Assembly: GCF_006345805.1 (NCBI RefSeq)
Contig: NC_043005.1
Span: forward strand, 80,848,001 to 80,912,000
Direction of reading: 5' to 3'
From: Octopus sinensis
Taxonomy: Eukaryota
DNA length: 64,000 bases
The translations under genes and the position numbers were made by a program. The notes beneath the pieces are model-generated. The model was not told the DNA's origin. It worked only from the letters and a program-made list of their open reading frames with translations, and searched no databases. Shown here piece after piece: positions 50,593 through 64,000 of the stretch; the stretch's first letter is position 1, and each line of letters starts with the position of its first letter.

Positions 50593-51732
50593 GATTTTTC
50601 TTCTAAGTATATTCAACAACACCCTATTTTGGAATTATTCAATGATCTAGGGGTTACATAATGAATTGTATGATCGAGTGATCATCTCCGAACACTTAAT
50701 ACCTACTGATAATTTTGTGCTACAAAAAGGATTCTGAATGAGGAGGCGATTCCGTTTACGATATCCTGAAGGGCAAATCTCTTTGATCCTGTTCCCATAT
50801 ATTGTGAGATTAATCTGCAGGTCTCCTGGGCCTATATTTTATAGAAGCATAGAGAACAACAAAATTTCTCCCAAGCATTGTTTTGCAAACACTTCGGCTT
50901 CTCACATTTCGTCATACCTTCTTGAGAGCAAATAACTTTACGCGTTCTCTTTACGAATTATTTTAGTGTTGATTGTATCGAAACCTTTTTTATATTTTTC
51001 GGAAAGGTCGTTATTTCTATATTTCCAGAAATTATTTTCTTTTATATATATTCTATCTGTTACTTGTTTCAGACATTAGACAGAGGTTATATTGGGGCAC
51101 TACCTTGAAAAGGTTTTCTTAGTTAATATTTATTGTATCGGTCTTTTGCCGAACCGCTACGCTACAAGGATGTAAACAAATCAAACTGGTTGTCAAGCGG
51201 TGACGGGGATAAAAAAACGAACGCAAAAGTAGTTAGTTATATGCGGCGTTTTTTATCGCATTCTGTCTTACAAAACCATTCATAAGTCTGAAATCGACCT
51301 GGAGCTAAAATAGAACAAAATTACCGATGATGCCATGCAATAGAACTGAACCCCGAATCATGTGGTATGGAAGCAAGCTTCTTACCACAGAGCTATGCCT
51401 GTGTCTATGCCTGTAAGTTCCTGAATATATTATACAGACTTTTTCTTTGGTTTAGCTAATGCTTTGTTTCTTAAGTGAGATTCATTTACTAACCGTTCCC
51501 ATATTTTATGACGCCATTCTTCGCTGTGAGTTCTGCGGTGAAAAGCAATAGAATTATCTTATAAATAAAAGACGGAGCTTATTGTCCCTATTCTGGCGCA
51601 GCGTTGACTTTCTAAATTGTTTGAAATACTATTCAAGCTGCTTGAAATACCATTCAAATGAAAATTAATCACTTGTGCTACATAGAGAAACAAACTCAGT
51701 ATTCTCGGGGCATTGTTAAAATAACAATGAGG

Positions 51733-51769
<37 letters not shown>

Positions 51770-52949
51770 GATAATGATAATGATGATGATGATGATGATG
51801 ATAATAATAATAATAATGATAATTCTACATCATTCATAGGACACAAATCATATAATGCATAATGAACATTTAAGTAAGGAGAACTACAAGGCATGTAAAA
51901 ACTTGCCTAAATAAATAATGTTAGGGACGTTGTACAATTAGAGGTTAAAACTTGAAACATGAATAAATATGAAATTATTTGAAACCTGATAATTAAAACA
52001 AGATACTATTCATATTAGAAATCATGGACATTGTTTAGGCTTATCTACCTACATAGGAATGATAAAGCTACACTCTAGTACAATCTGGCGTGTACTTAGT
52101 TCTGGTGTATCCAAAGGCTCTTGTTATCCATATGTGTTTGGTGTGAGATGAATATTACAAAGCACTTGAGCCCCCTGTTTTTCGCATGCCCTTAATACTG
52201 TGATGAATACATAACATGCAACCTTATCTTTGTGCATTATTATAATTTCAGTTTTTAAAAGAAAATATTTAGCGTGAAATCTCAGTCGCTACTTGCATGT
52301 TCAGGCACTTTCCCTGAACTGATGCACAGCTTGGTGCACTGGCATACCTTTTACATTTTCCCCCTCAGTTTGTACTGGTGTTCATTCTTCTTTAATGAAA
52401 GTATTCCTTATTATTTCAGTTCTTGTATTTTAAAACAATGTTGGGTCTTTCTGGTTTTTTCGCATCAGTTCAATTTCCTTACAGAACAATAGCTTGGTGA
52501 TGCAGATATTTCCTACAGTCGAACAATTGGAGACATAGTTAATGGTTTCTATGGTGGAACAAATGTAAAGATGCCCTCTTCTTCCATAGTAGTGAAAATC
52601 CTTCTGGTTTTGATGCTGCCTCGATTTTGATCACTACTGCTCCTACTCTTTTCATTTTTCTGCTTATTTCAGATCTGTGAAGAGGGTTCTCAAGAGACTT
52701 TTATTATCTCATATGTAATATATAGTGTTTTTGCACAGCACCATTATTTTCATGAACTTTATACCTGCATCTACAGTAGGACACAGCTCCGCTATGGCTT
52801 TGTGTCCTTTGGAGCTTTTTAGGACTTGGAAGTCAATCCTGACATATCCAATATCAGTTGCCATCATTCGTTTATAAACCACGGACAGGAAGGTGTTCAC
52901 CCCCAGGTAGTGCATCTACGTCAACCACACAGCTTCATTTACTATAAAT

Positions 52950-53310
52950 TCCAGCCAGTAGGGCACGGCCTTCGGATCCTTGTTGAAAGAATGCGGTGGG
53001 GCGATTTTCAGGACATAATCGTTGATAGACAGATCTGTCTAAAATGCAGAAACATCTGCTCGACATAACAACATAGGCCAGTAATTTATAGAAACTGCAG
53101 GAGTACGTCTGGTACAGTTTAATTAATACGCACTCCTTTCAAACACTCCCAATTTGTGTCAATCTCGGTATCGCCCCTAGTAGTAATTCCATTCGAAAGA
53201 AGAATATTTGGAAATTGTTTATATTGGTCTTAGATCAGGAAGATTTCCGAAACAGATCAACTATTTCGACCTTATTGTCACTTCGATTTTTCGCGAGTAT
53301 GCCATCGTTC
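52950..53310 (-). mobile_element. Possible highly decayed Tc1/mariner-type remnant
   Basis: MAYSR..VEIVDLF..FPNIPLSN resembles a transposase HTH start, with FFQQ further on; heavily disrupted. Confidence 0.3.
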
Positions 53311-55084
53311 TAACTCACCATAAGTCCTATATATTTTGCTAAAATAGATGATCACTCATTCCCATTGCACGCGAAAAGTGAACATACAGCAGTTTCGATG
53401 CCGGTCCCCAATCATGTTCTTTTGTTGACCAAGACCCGTAGCCCTGGGAAAAGTACAAACCGTTAAAAACACGCCTTAGAACCGTTCAGGAAAGTCTGCA
53501 TGTGGCACTACATCGGTGTGTGTCTAAGCATCAGGTTTCACGGTACACAGGAAACCCCGCTGTGAGTGAAGGCTTTTAACAGATGGACAGCATAAATATC
53601 GATTTGGTTCCTTTCCACGGAAGCGGAGCAACAGAGAAATTATGACAGACGTGATGCCACCATTCGACACATCAATTCAGCCTACCTTTCAGAAATAGTT
53701 TTAAGGTAATTTCTTGATCGAATATGCCACTTCATTCTTGCCCTTAACCTGGTTAAAGTAGAAACTGCAAACCTCGCTAATACATAGATAATGTGTAGGC
53801 TCATGATCTCGTTGTTTGCATTTTGCACTTACGATCACAAGATAGTGGTATCGATTCCCGGACAGGTCTATGCGTTACATAATCGAGCCAAACATTTCCT
53901 TTAATGTTGTTGCAGTTCACTCAGCCGTAACTTAGTGTCCCTGCGATTAGCTGGTGTCCGATGGGAGTAATTACTGTGACCTGGGTCACTTATACGCCAT
54001 GGAAACGAGATAACTGTTTCTACGAGTTCTAGAATGCGAAGCAGTTATGTAAAATAATATAAAATAATAAAATACATTATCAGGATAAACGATTATAACA
54101 AAACTCAATAATAAATTCTATAACAATATACAAAATTACATACAATAAGTATTAAAGTAATCGATATCATAAAAATGTTTCATGACATTGTGTTGTATTA
54201 AATGACATTAGTAGGAGGTATTATAAAACGAAATATAAACTTTGCTATAATAAAACAGAATACAATAAAGAGCAACACATATACAGGAGCATAAAATATA
54301 ATAAATATTCAGTGAAATAATGACCGACAGAATCGATTATGTACACTCTAAGATTAGATTCTACTTAAAAAATTCTGTTCGTCCAAACAGTAAATAAAAA
54401 TGGAAGAAACAAATTTTAAGTAATATTATAAAAAGAATATAACAGAACAATTTTAATTTCCAACATTTACTCTATTTTGGAAGGAGGTTTGAGTTCATCG
54501 ACCCCAGAATATGACTGGTGCATATTTCATTGATCCTTATCAGATGATGGATGCAGGTTTGACATCACAGCGTGGATATAACTAAACATCACAGTGGATA
54601 TAACTAAACAGTTCATGGTAAATTCCCCCTCCACTGATTTTTCACACCATAATTACGTTTTCTAATTCAGATACAAGTCTGATAATTTCAGTGGAAGGCT
54701 TCATAGCTTTCATAGATAACTCTGAACTCAGTACATAACCTGCAATTTATCTTATCAGACTAATAAGGACTGAGAGCAAAGCTGACCTCAACAGCATTTG
54801 AATTCAGAACCGGAAGAATCGGTAGAAATACGGGAAAATTACTATTGCCCACGCTCAAACGTGGTTCCAAATTTTGTCACTAGGCCAGGAATCTCGCTTA
54901 CTGAGCGGGGGAATCGATTACACCGACCCCGGACCTCAACTGATACTTATTTTATCGATCTCGAAAGGACAACTGGCAAAGTCGAATTGGGTGTAATTTC
55001 AACTCGGAACATAAAGGAGGACGAAATGGCGCTAAGCATTTGTCCCAGCGTAATAACGTTGCTTCCAGATCGTTGCCTTATTTA

Positions 55085-55285
55085 CTCTTTTACTCTTTTA
55101 CTTGTTTCAGTTACTTGACTACGGCCATGCTGGAGCACCGCCTTTAGTCGAGCAAATCGACCCCAATACTTATTCTTTGTAAGCCTAGTACTTATTCTGT
55201 TGGTCTCTTTTGCCGAACCGCTAAGTTACGGGGACGTAAACACACCAGCATCGGTTGTCAAGCAATATTAGGAAGACAAACACAA

Positions 55286-55331
<46 letters not shown>

Positions 55332-55500
55332 GCAACGGACTTCTTTTCAGTTTCCGCGTCTACCAAATCCACTCACAAGGTTTTGGTCGGCCCGAGGCTA
55401 AAGTAGACGACACTTGCCCAAGGTATCACGCAGTGGTACTAAACCCGCAGCAATGTAGTTGGTAAGCATGCTACTTACCACACAGCCACTCTTGCACCTA
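55085..55500 (-). mobile_element. Full SINE family B
   Basis: Matches the other family B copies; preceded by degraded A-variant pieces (54490-55075). Confidence 0.9.
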
Positions 55501-56299
55501 TAGCTACTTTATTTCATTAAAATTTGCCATAAAGGTATTACAAAGAGTAGCTGCGGTCTGGACATATACATTGATGAGGTGAATGATGAAATAAGGATGA
55601 CATTGATGAGAGAAGGCAAAAACGTCCGCCGATTTTCTTCTTCTCTAAAACATTGTTCTTTTTTTTTTAACAGAATAAACAAAGCACCTATAGCCACTTA
55701 CCACACAACCACTCCTGCGCCTATAGCTACTTTATTTCATGAAAGATTCGCCATTAAGGCGTTACATAGAGGGGACATACAATTACAGACAAACATATAG
55801 GGTGTAGTAGCTTAAAATGTTGGTGATTACAATAAAATATATATAATATTTACAATATAAAGTTTTAAAAATTTGGTATTATACAGTAGGGCACGGATCC
55901 CAGCCATATGGGTAGAACCTTTACTTCTTGATCCGGTCACACTTACCTGGTGCCAGATATACCCAGCTTGCACGCTACAGACTTCCATCTTTTCGCAAAC
56001 AGATCTCGTGACAGACACCTCTTCTCCAGCCTGATCTTACTACCGAGGTGGTACACACAGCCACTCCTGCGCCTATCTATATTAAATAATAACATGTATA
56101 TATGATTTAGGCACAAGGCTAATAACTTTAGAGACAAAGTGGTACTCAATTAGTGCAAAACCAATAACCAAGAGGATAAAATCTTGAGTTGACTGAAATT
56201 AACGACAATAAGAAGATATAACTGCTTTTATTGTTGTCCTTCCTTTCTCAATTATGTTCTTACTTTATATATTTTTGTATACACACTTGGAAAATGGAA

Positions 56300-56677
56300 G
56301 CACTTCGTCGGTTACGACGACGTGGGTTCCGGTTGATCCGATCAACGGAACAGCCTGCTCGTGAAATTAACGTGTAAGTGGCTGAGCACTCCACAGACAC
56401 GTGTACACTTAACGTAGTTCTCGGGGATATTCAGCGTGACACAGAGAGTGACAAGGCCGGCCCTTTGAAATACAGGTGCAACAGAAACAGGAAGTAAGAG
56501 TGAGAGAAAGTTGTGGTGAAAGAGTACAGCAGAGATCACCACCATCCCTGCCGGTGCCTCGTGGAGCTTTTAGGTGTTTTCGCTCAATAAACACTCACAA
56601 CGCCCGGTCTGGGAATCGAAACCGCGATCCTATGACCGCGAGTCCGCTGCCCTAACCACTGGGCCATTGCGCCTCCA
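56300..56677 (-). mobile_element. Full tRNA-derived SINE family C
   Basis: A box TGGCCCAGTGG, tRNA-Arg-like CTCGCGG loop, B box GTTTCGATTCC; tail fragments also at ~45790 and ~60365. Confidence 0.88.
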
Positions 56678-56686
56678 CACACACAC

Positions 56687-56733
<47 letters not shown>

Positions 56734-57409
56734 TGCACATGCTGTAACTATATTTTAGACAAATATAAAATCGAAATGGTTTCGATTAATCTACTTTTGT
56801 CGAATATTCCAAAGCAGAGGAGAGACAGCTAGCGTATAAAGATAGATAGCTAGCCAGAAAGATAGATTAGAAGTGTGTGTTTGTGTGTGAGTCTGTGCGT
56901 CTGTCAGTGCGCGTGGCTGTGCATCTGCCAGTGTGTCTGTCTGTGTATGTGTCTTTGCCTCTGTGTGTATACACACTGCGAATATTTCTGCTATATTCTG
57001 CTACACTACACGAAATTTCTGTTTATAACCATTCGGGATTTGTGTCTACGATTGACAATTTTGATATAGATCTTAAATACCACTGCCTTGTAAGAACTAA
57101 ATCAAGAGAATACATTCTAGACACAAAGTATACGCAAAGTACATTATGCATCTGTGCATAAGCGCCCTATAATCAACGCTATATTGATTCCATATTTTTT
57201 ATGAATCACTTTAAAATTACACCAATTTAGTATTTATTTCGAAATTTTATCATCCTTCATTTTGTGAACTTTTATTGTTATATGTCTATATTTTAGTTTA
57301 GAATTATTTTATGCTAAACATTAAAAATTTCTATTTCTTCTGCTCTTCAGCCATTTTCTTTTCAGTTATTCTCAATATTTGAGGATTCAGTAATTCAGGA
57401 ATTCTCAAA

Positions 57410-57579
57410 GGCGCAGGAGTGGCTGTGTAGTAAGTAGCTTGCTAACCAACCACATGGTTCCGGGTTCAGTCCCACTGCGTGACATCTTGGGCAAGTGTCT
57501 CCTGCTATAGCCCCGGGCCCACCAATGCCTAGTGAGTGGATTTGGTAGACGGAAACTGAAAGAAGCCTGTCGTATATAT

Positions 57580-57615
<36 letters not shown>

Positions 57616-57830
57616 ATGTGTTTGTGTGTCTGTGTTTGTCCCCCTAGCATTGCTTGACAACCGATGCTGGTGTGTTTACGTCCCCGTCATTTGGCGGTTC
57701 GGCAAAAGAGACCGATAGAATAAGTACTGGGTTTACAAAGAATAAGTCCCGGGGTCGATTTGCTCGACTAAAGGCGGTGCTCCAGCATGGCCGCAGTCAA
57801 ATGACTGAAACAACTAAAAGAGTAAAGAGT
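57410..57830 (+). mobile_element. Full SINE family B whose tail begins the 120-bp array
   Basis: Complete head, body and tail. Confidence 0.92.
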
Positions 57831-59013
57831 ATATCTTAAACTTCTAATAGCTACTATTCATTGCAGTACATTACTATTATACTTGACGAAGCAAATCAGA
57901 AATGTCTGTATTACATAAGCCGCTTTTTACTAATTAAAAGAGTAAAGAGTATATCTTAAACTTCTAATAGCTACTATTCATTGCAGTGCATTACTATTAT
58001 ACTTGACGAAGCAAATCAGAAATGTCTGTATTACATAAGCCGCTTTTTTACTATTAAAAGAGTAAAGAGTATCTCTTTAACTTCTATAGCTACTATTCAT
58101 TGCAGTGCATTACTATATACTTGACGAAGCAAATCAGAAATGTCTGTATTACATAAGCCGCTTTTTACTAATTAAAAGAGTAAAGAGTATATCTTAAACT
58201 TCTAATAGCTACTATTCATTGCAGTGCATTACTATTATACTTGACGAAGCAAATCAGAAATGTCTGTATTACATAAGCCGCTTTTTACTAATTAAAAGAG
58301 TAAAGAGCATATCTTAAACTTCTAATAGCTACTATTCATTGCAGTACATTACTATTATACTTGACGAAGCAAATCAGAAATGTCTGTATTACATAAGCCG
58401 CTTTTTACTAATTAAAAGAGTAAAGAGTATATCTTAAACTTCTAATAGCTACTATTCATTGCAGTGCATTACTATTATACTTGACGAAGCAAATCAGAAA
58501 TGTCTGTATTACATAAGCCGCTTTTTACTAATTAAAAGAGTAAAGAGTATATCTTAAACTTCTAATAGCTACTATTCATTGCAGTGCATTACTATTATAC
58601 TTGACGAAGCAAATCAGAAATGTCTGTATTACATAAGCCGCTTTTTACTAATTAAAAGAGTAAAGAGTATATCTTAAACTTCTAATAGCTACTATTCATT
58701 GCAGTGCATTACTATTATACTTGACGAAGCAAATCAGAAATGTCTGCATTACATAAGCCGCTTTTTACTAATTAAAAGAGTAAAGAGTATATCTTAAACT
58801 TCTAATAGCTACTATTCATTGCAGTGCATTACTATTATACTTGACGAAGCAAATCAGAAATGTCTGCATTACATAAGCCGCTTTTTACTAATTAAAAGAG
58901 TAAAGAGTATATCTTAAACTTCTAATAGCTACTATTCATTGCAGTGCATTACTATTATACTTGACGAAGCAAATCAAAAATGTCTGTATTACATAAGCCG
59001 CTTTTTACTAATT
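57816..59013 (+). repeat. Tandem array, 10 x ~120 bp, near-identical units
   Basis: Unit AAAAGAGTAAAGAGTATATCTTAAACTTCTAATAGC...GCCGCTTTTTACTAATT starts at 57816, 57936, ~58056, 58174 and then every 120 bp to 58894. Confidence 0.97.
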
Positions 59014-59134
59014 AATTTCATAGAAATTATACAGGATAATTAACACAGTTTCACAGTATCGATCAGATCACTAGATGCGGTTATACACCACTGCTTACAA
59101 TGCACTTCCAATTTTGTCTTGATAGCGCCCATTC

Positions 59135-59640
59135 CTTTTCATCTTGAGCAAAACTGATTATCTAAATCGTTTTCTCAGCGTCTTCGAGGCCTTCTAAGTG
59201 GCTTTTCCGGTCTCTTGAATACCACTCGGAAACTGCACTGGTCTACTTGTCTAAGAGCCTTGCAACATGTTAGGCTCACCAGTACTTATACTTTAGGTAT
59301 TTCGTGATCACATAGTCCACTTCGCTGCGTTCTTGAATTATTTTATTTCGAATGTTCTCGTTATGATATTGCTAGCATAACTATCCATCCCCCTTTGCGA
59401 CGTGGGCAACCGGTGTTCGATCCTTTTCTTAGTAGCCTTCAGTATAAGAGCGCAGGTGGGACTGTAGCCTTGAGTATAACAGCGTAGGTGGGAAAGTCTG
59501 TCACATATGGTATTGTCTGGCCTAGTTTGAGTGCATCATTTATAGAACTGAATACCTTCCATCCTGCCGTTATTCTTTATGAGATTTCAGCATCCATATC
59601 TCGGTGCATATAAATAATTCCAAAATGGCTGTCGAATTTG
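59135..59640 (-). mobile_element. Decayed RTE-clade LINE 3' fragment
   Basis: EIS*RITAGWKVFSSINDALK and eroded W..HVAR..D...V.EW.PR..KRP..RP..RW.ND motifs. Confidence 0.7.
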
Positions 59641-60553
59641 AAAGACAAGTGTAGGCTAATTATTACACGTTAATAATTTCCGTCATTTGGCAGTTAGACA
59701 GTATATGATCGAAATATAGTCTCTGTTTTTTCTTTTGGCAATTTAAATTACGTAAGTGTAAGCAAAAAAATAAAAAAAATGAAATACTAATTAAATTATC
59801 TCAATGCAATTAATGACAGTCTCAGTAACGTCACAGAAGTGAATGTCACTTAATTAAGAACATTTAAATCATATAATTTATTTTTCAACAAAATGGAATG
59901 TGAGCGTTAATGATCAAGATAAATGAAATCATATGAAACTAATACATTATGTGAATGGAAATGAAGGCATCTTTTAAATTCATATTTTATACACGTTGCG
60001 TTGTTGCTACACCATATTGAATTGGTTCATCAAGATAGATGGAATAATCCTAATAGAGATTCTAAGACGCAATATGTCTATAACGAGGAATTATCATAGT
60101 AAAAAATTATCGTGTGTTACTTAAATTCTTTTGATGGATAGTGATGCCCGCTCATTTCATATTTAAAACTGGCAGTGAAGGTGTGTAGATGAATGCTTAG
60201 ATATATTCGGTTCATGATCGAAAGTTCGTGTATCTGAATTCCTGCAGCGCGTTGTATCATTCAGTCAAAAAATTTATTTCAGTTTGCTCCATTCCAGTCA
60301 GAAATAAATGATTTAAATGTAATCCAAAGGTCGAGCATTCGCCAGTACATAGAAGTATGTTAAGACTACGCTTGTTTGTGGAGCGCTGATCAACTTGAAC
60401 ACTAATTCAAAGAAGAAGCTCTTTTGTTGGTCGGGTTATCTGGAACACTTGCCTTCGTAACCGACGGAGTGCTTTTTAAAATCTGGCGTGGCTCTGTGGT
60501 TATGATGCTCGCGACCCACCCACGTGTTTTCGGCTACATTCACACACACACAC

Positions 60554-60617
<64 letters not shown>

Positions 60618-60893
60618 CATTATATATATATATATACATACACACATATATATAGTTATGTCATATTCTGTTAAGTTCGTAGTAGTGTACAGTACAAGGC
60701 TCTTCAGATTTCTCCCGGTGCTATCCATTAGCAGTACTGTACGTTCTGCTAGATGTATGTTCTGTCTTCAGTGGTGAATTAATAGATTATTGAATAAGCT
60801 GGAGTCAACAAGTCCAACTGTACTTCCTATTGTTGGCATCAATTATTCAATTATACATATATATATAATTATATATATATATAAATATATATA

Positions 60894-61369
60894 TATATGA
60901 AAAATATATGGCTTGTGTTAGTAATACCAGCGATTATAATTATTTTTATTTTATCGCAATTTGATTTGTTTACATATTTCTCGATAAATTATGAGCGCCA
61001 GGCGATATACCAGAATTCCCTAGTGTTGTCGGGACGTTCGGAGTCTGCGCAGTGATATGATTAGTTAGGAAGAGTAAATCATTAGACGCACATGCTTCTA
61101 GTGAGTTAGGATCCCAGAAAAACAGGGTCTCACTGAAGAATTCTCCCTGGGCAAATAAATTATCTTTATTGCTGAAAAGAAAGAAACTGCAGTCTGAGAA
61201 TTTACCGGTTTAGTAAATGTTTTTATCTTCATTTCACTTAATTTATCAAGCTTCTGTATTCCTAGCACATATTTCGCCTTAATGTACTGATATATGAAAA
61301 ATATATGGCTTGTGTTAGTAATACCAGCGATTATAATTATTTTTATTTTATCGCAATTTGATTTGTTTA
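60894..61369 (+). mobile_element. 397-bp-period unit with 79-bp exact direct repeats and an internal HHR (retrozyme-like)
   Basis: 60894-60972 is identical to 61291-61369; flanked by (TA)n; HHR at 61128-61199. Confidence 0.75.
61128..61199 (+). ncRNA. Type I hammerhead ribozyme with canonical core
   Basis: UCUCA-CUGAAGA-[long stem II]-GAAAC-UGCA-GUC-UGAGA; 5-bp stem I; predicted cut after C61194. Confidence 0.82.
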
Positions 61370-61374
61370 TATAT

Positions 61375-61424
<50 letters not shown>

Positions 61425-61425
61425 G

Positions 61426-61501
<76 letters not shown>

Positions 61502-61524
61502 TGAACACATGTACTAATGTGCAT

Positions 61525-62425
61525 TATTAATGAAAAATGCTTTCGGCTTCGAAGAGAAGAACTCTACAAGGTCAGTTTCGACTTCCTCAGTTGTTTCGAG
61601 TTAATCCATCCAAATGAATCTGTAAACTCCGGAACAAATGCTAATATTAAGGGGCAAGGTCTGATGAATAAGGTAGATGAGGATTTTTTCTTCCAGCCAA
61701 GTTCCTCGTTCTTTAGTGACGTGGTCCTTGCATGAAAGACCACTAACTTTCATTTCACTAAAACAGGCCAAGCGCTTTAATTGCTGACAGTAGATTTGAG
61801 CATTGACTGTTGCATTAGTTGGTAGCAACTTAAAGTGGATGACCTCTTTTGAGTCCTACCAAACAGAGAGAACAAACTTCTTCGCATGGAGTTCTTTTTC
61901 GGTTGTAACTGGACCTAATCCCATTCACCAAGCCAATGTCTCTGACGTTTAACATTTTGGTGAAAGACCCATTTTTTAATCACCGCTTACTAGTCTATTC
62001 AAAAAGGGCCAGGTGCAGTCACGAGAACGAAGAGGAGAGCGGATATCCTCTCAGAATTTGCAGTTGGCTTCAGACAAATCTTGAGGCACGCATTTTCAGG
62101 TGTTTTGAGACCATTCCAAGCTGTTGAAGATGGCGGTGAATGAAGCTTCTTTGCCAGTTCTTCAACTTAAACTGCATGATCTTTTTCAAATTCTGCCAAA
62201 AGGAGCTTGTTATCAAATTCAATTAGACGTCCTGTTCGGGCCTCATCTTCAGGGCTGAAATCTCAACTTTTGAATTTTACAAACCATCTCCTGCAAGTTC
62301 TTTCATTCAAGTGTTCTGCTCCATAAGCTGGGTGAATATTTCGAGTCGCCTCAGGTGCAGAGTTCCCTTTTATAAAATCCTGAATCATTATGTGCTTCAA
62401 CTGCTCCGTAGATACTTCTATGTTT
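61525..62425 (-). mobile_element. Decayed mariner (DD34D-type) transposase
   Basis: EVSTEQLKHIM start, [65 protein letters not shown]; many stops and frameshifts. Confidence 0.85.
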
Positions 62426-62799
62426 TAAGAGCTATAATTAGTGAAATATCATTTACGCTATCCTGCAAAATGAAATAAACATGTCCAAAAACATATAAAT
62501 ATTACTTGATGCTAAAATACTGTTAAATGTTTGGAAACTGGAAATATAGAAATCCAGAATTACTCATGGAATTAACTGATTATTATCTTCTCAGCCATCT
62601 AAATCGAATCAAAAAACAAAAAATATATTAAAAAAATAAAATAATTGATGTTTACAATATTCATCGATCTAGCATCCTTATACTTCCGAAGAGAATATAA
62701 CACCATTGGTTTTTATATGCTGCTTTTTTTCACATAAAGCACGCCTGAATAGCCTACAGTGATACAGTTGTTTATTAAGAGGAGTGGTGTTAATATGAA

Positions 62800-63045
62800 T
62801 GCGCGGGGCCTAGTGGTTAGTGTGTTGCTTTCTCAGGGGGTCGAATCCCGGATGGAGTTGCACGTTGTCTTCTTCAGCAAAACACCTCTTTTTAAATTGC
62901 TCCGGTTCACTTAGCTGTAAATGGGTAGAGCTGAGGTCGACGAACCTTCCAGTCGTGCTTATCGCGGGGGAATAACTGTGACCAAATTCGAACGCCAAAA
63001 TGACGCCAAGCGCATTGTGATCAGTGATGTACGACAACATCTAAT
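62800..63045 (+). mobile_element. tRNA-derived SINE family D, degraded
   Basis: GGCCTAGTGGTTAG..GGTCGAATCCC boxes and TTGCTCCGGTTCACTTAGCTGTAAATGGGTA central motif. Confidence 0.65.
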
Positions 63046-63717
63046 AATCTTGTCGATTACTTCATCACTACTAATCTAAATGTTCTTTCATCGAATGTCC
63101 CTCAAAGTTCGAATGGTGGTAATATTTATACTCATCATCGATAAATGCATTTACCGCTCGAAAGTTTACCACAATTGATTAAATGAAGCACAACTAGAAT
63201 ACGCATCAGTACTATTTTTAATAACGTTCTGTTCACAGCTATTTAGTATCAACAGAGACTATTGATTACTTATATTCGACGCTTATAGTAAGAGGGGTAC
63301 ATTTGAGCTTATGGTGTTTTAAAAGTTTCGAGGGCATCTCATGATAAATAGTTTCGTTTAATCCTTATACCAGAATTTAGAATGAAATAATAACCGGGTG
63401 AGACAGAATCTGTATTAATGAGATGGATTCTAACCTATCCAATTAAAACTAAAGATCATTAAAAAAATCTGTTAATCTTAGTGATGCGACGTTATGTGGT
63501 TTTAATATTTTCATTGATTAATTATACTAATTAAAAATGTAATTAAACTGAGAATGAGATAGAAATTAGGACAGTCTGTTTTCTTGCACTTATCGATAGT
63601 AGTAAATGAGTATGTAGCGTTCATTCTTTGAATAGGGAGAAATAGTATTCAATCTTCCTTAAAGTTGAAGATATGCGGGTTAATATATTTATATGTGTGT
63701 ATGTGTGTGTGTGTGTG

Positions 63718-63755
<38 letters not shown>

Positions 63756-64000
63756 CGTGTGTGTGTTAAATAAACTGAGACAACAAAGTCAAGGCTGTGT
63801 GGAATTTTCAGGACATTTATAAAGAGAATGGTCTTACAGTTGTTTCTGGGATGTTAGGGATATCCCTTCGTCAGAGACGATGTGTGATGGTTAGATAGAG
63901 GGAAATCGAGGAGTTCAATATAAGGAGTTATTTTTGGGGAAAAGGATAGAAATAAGAAGTATAAAGGAAAATAAGAGAATAAAAGTAAAAATAAAAAATA

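Noticed and set aside
56600-56677. tRNA gene (Arg-like)
   Set aside because: It has A and B boxes but runs into a 300-bp SINE body with other copies in the window and has no clean acceptor stem; it is a SINE head. The same applies to families A, B and D.
57816-59013. CRISPR-like regular array
   Set aside because: Whole 120-bp units repeat with no unique spacers, there are no cas genes, and the context is eukaryotic.

Overview
Eukaryotic, very AT-rich DNA dense in microsatellites and repeats. I found no convincing host protein-coding ORF; nearly all short ORFs are microsatellite translations. The repeat content suggests a coleoid cephalopod (octopus-like) genome, which is an inference. Main contents: (1) a nearly intact Penelope-like retroelement (RT + C-terminal GIY-YIG, minus strand) bracketed by ~830-bp inverted pseudo-LTRs, each with a minimal type I hammerhead ribozyme (HHR) carrying a U3-A8 core covariation. 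(2) About ten further HHR motifs in several unrelated short elements, all with a palindromic or near-palindromic stem III. These include a 397-bp direct-repeat retrozyme-like unit and elements with inverted termini. (3) A tandem of three Tx1-like LINE segments, each abutting (TATC)n. (4) Decayed DD37D, DD41D and DD34D Tc1/mariner transposons, MITEs, CR1 and RTE LINE fragments, and at least four tRNA-derived SINE families. (5) A young 10 x 120-bp tandem array seeded at a SINE tail. (6) A canonically spaced TATA+Inr promoter candidate on the minus strand. All calls were made by eye; SINE and decayed-element boundaries are approximate.
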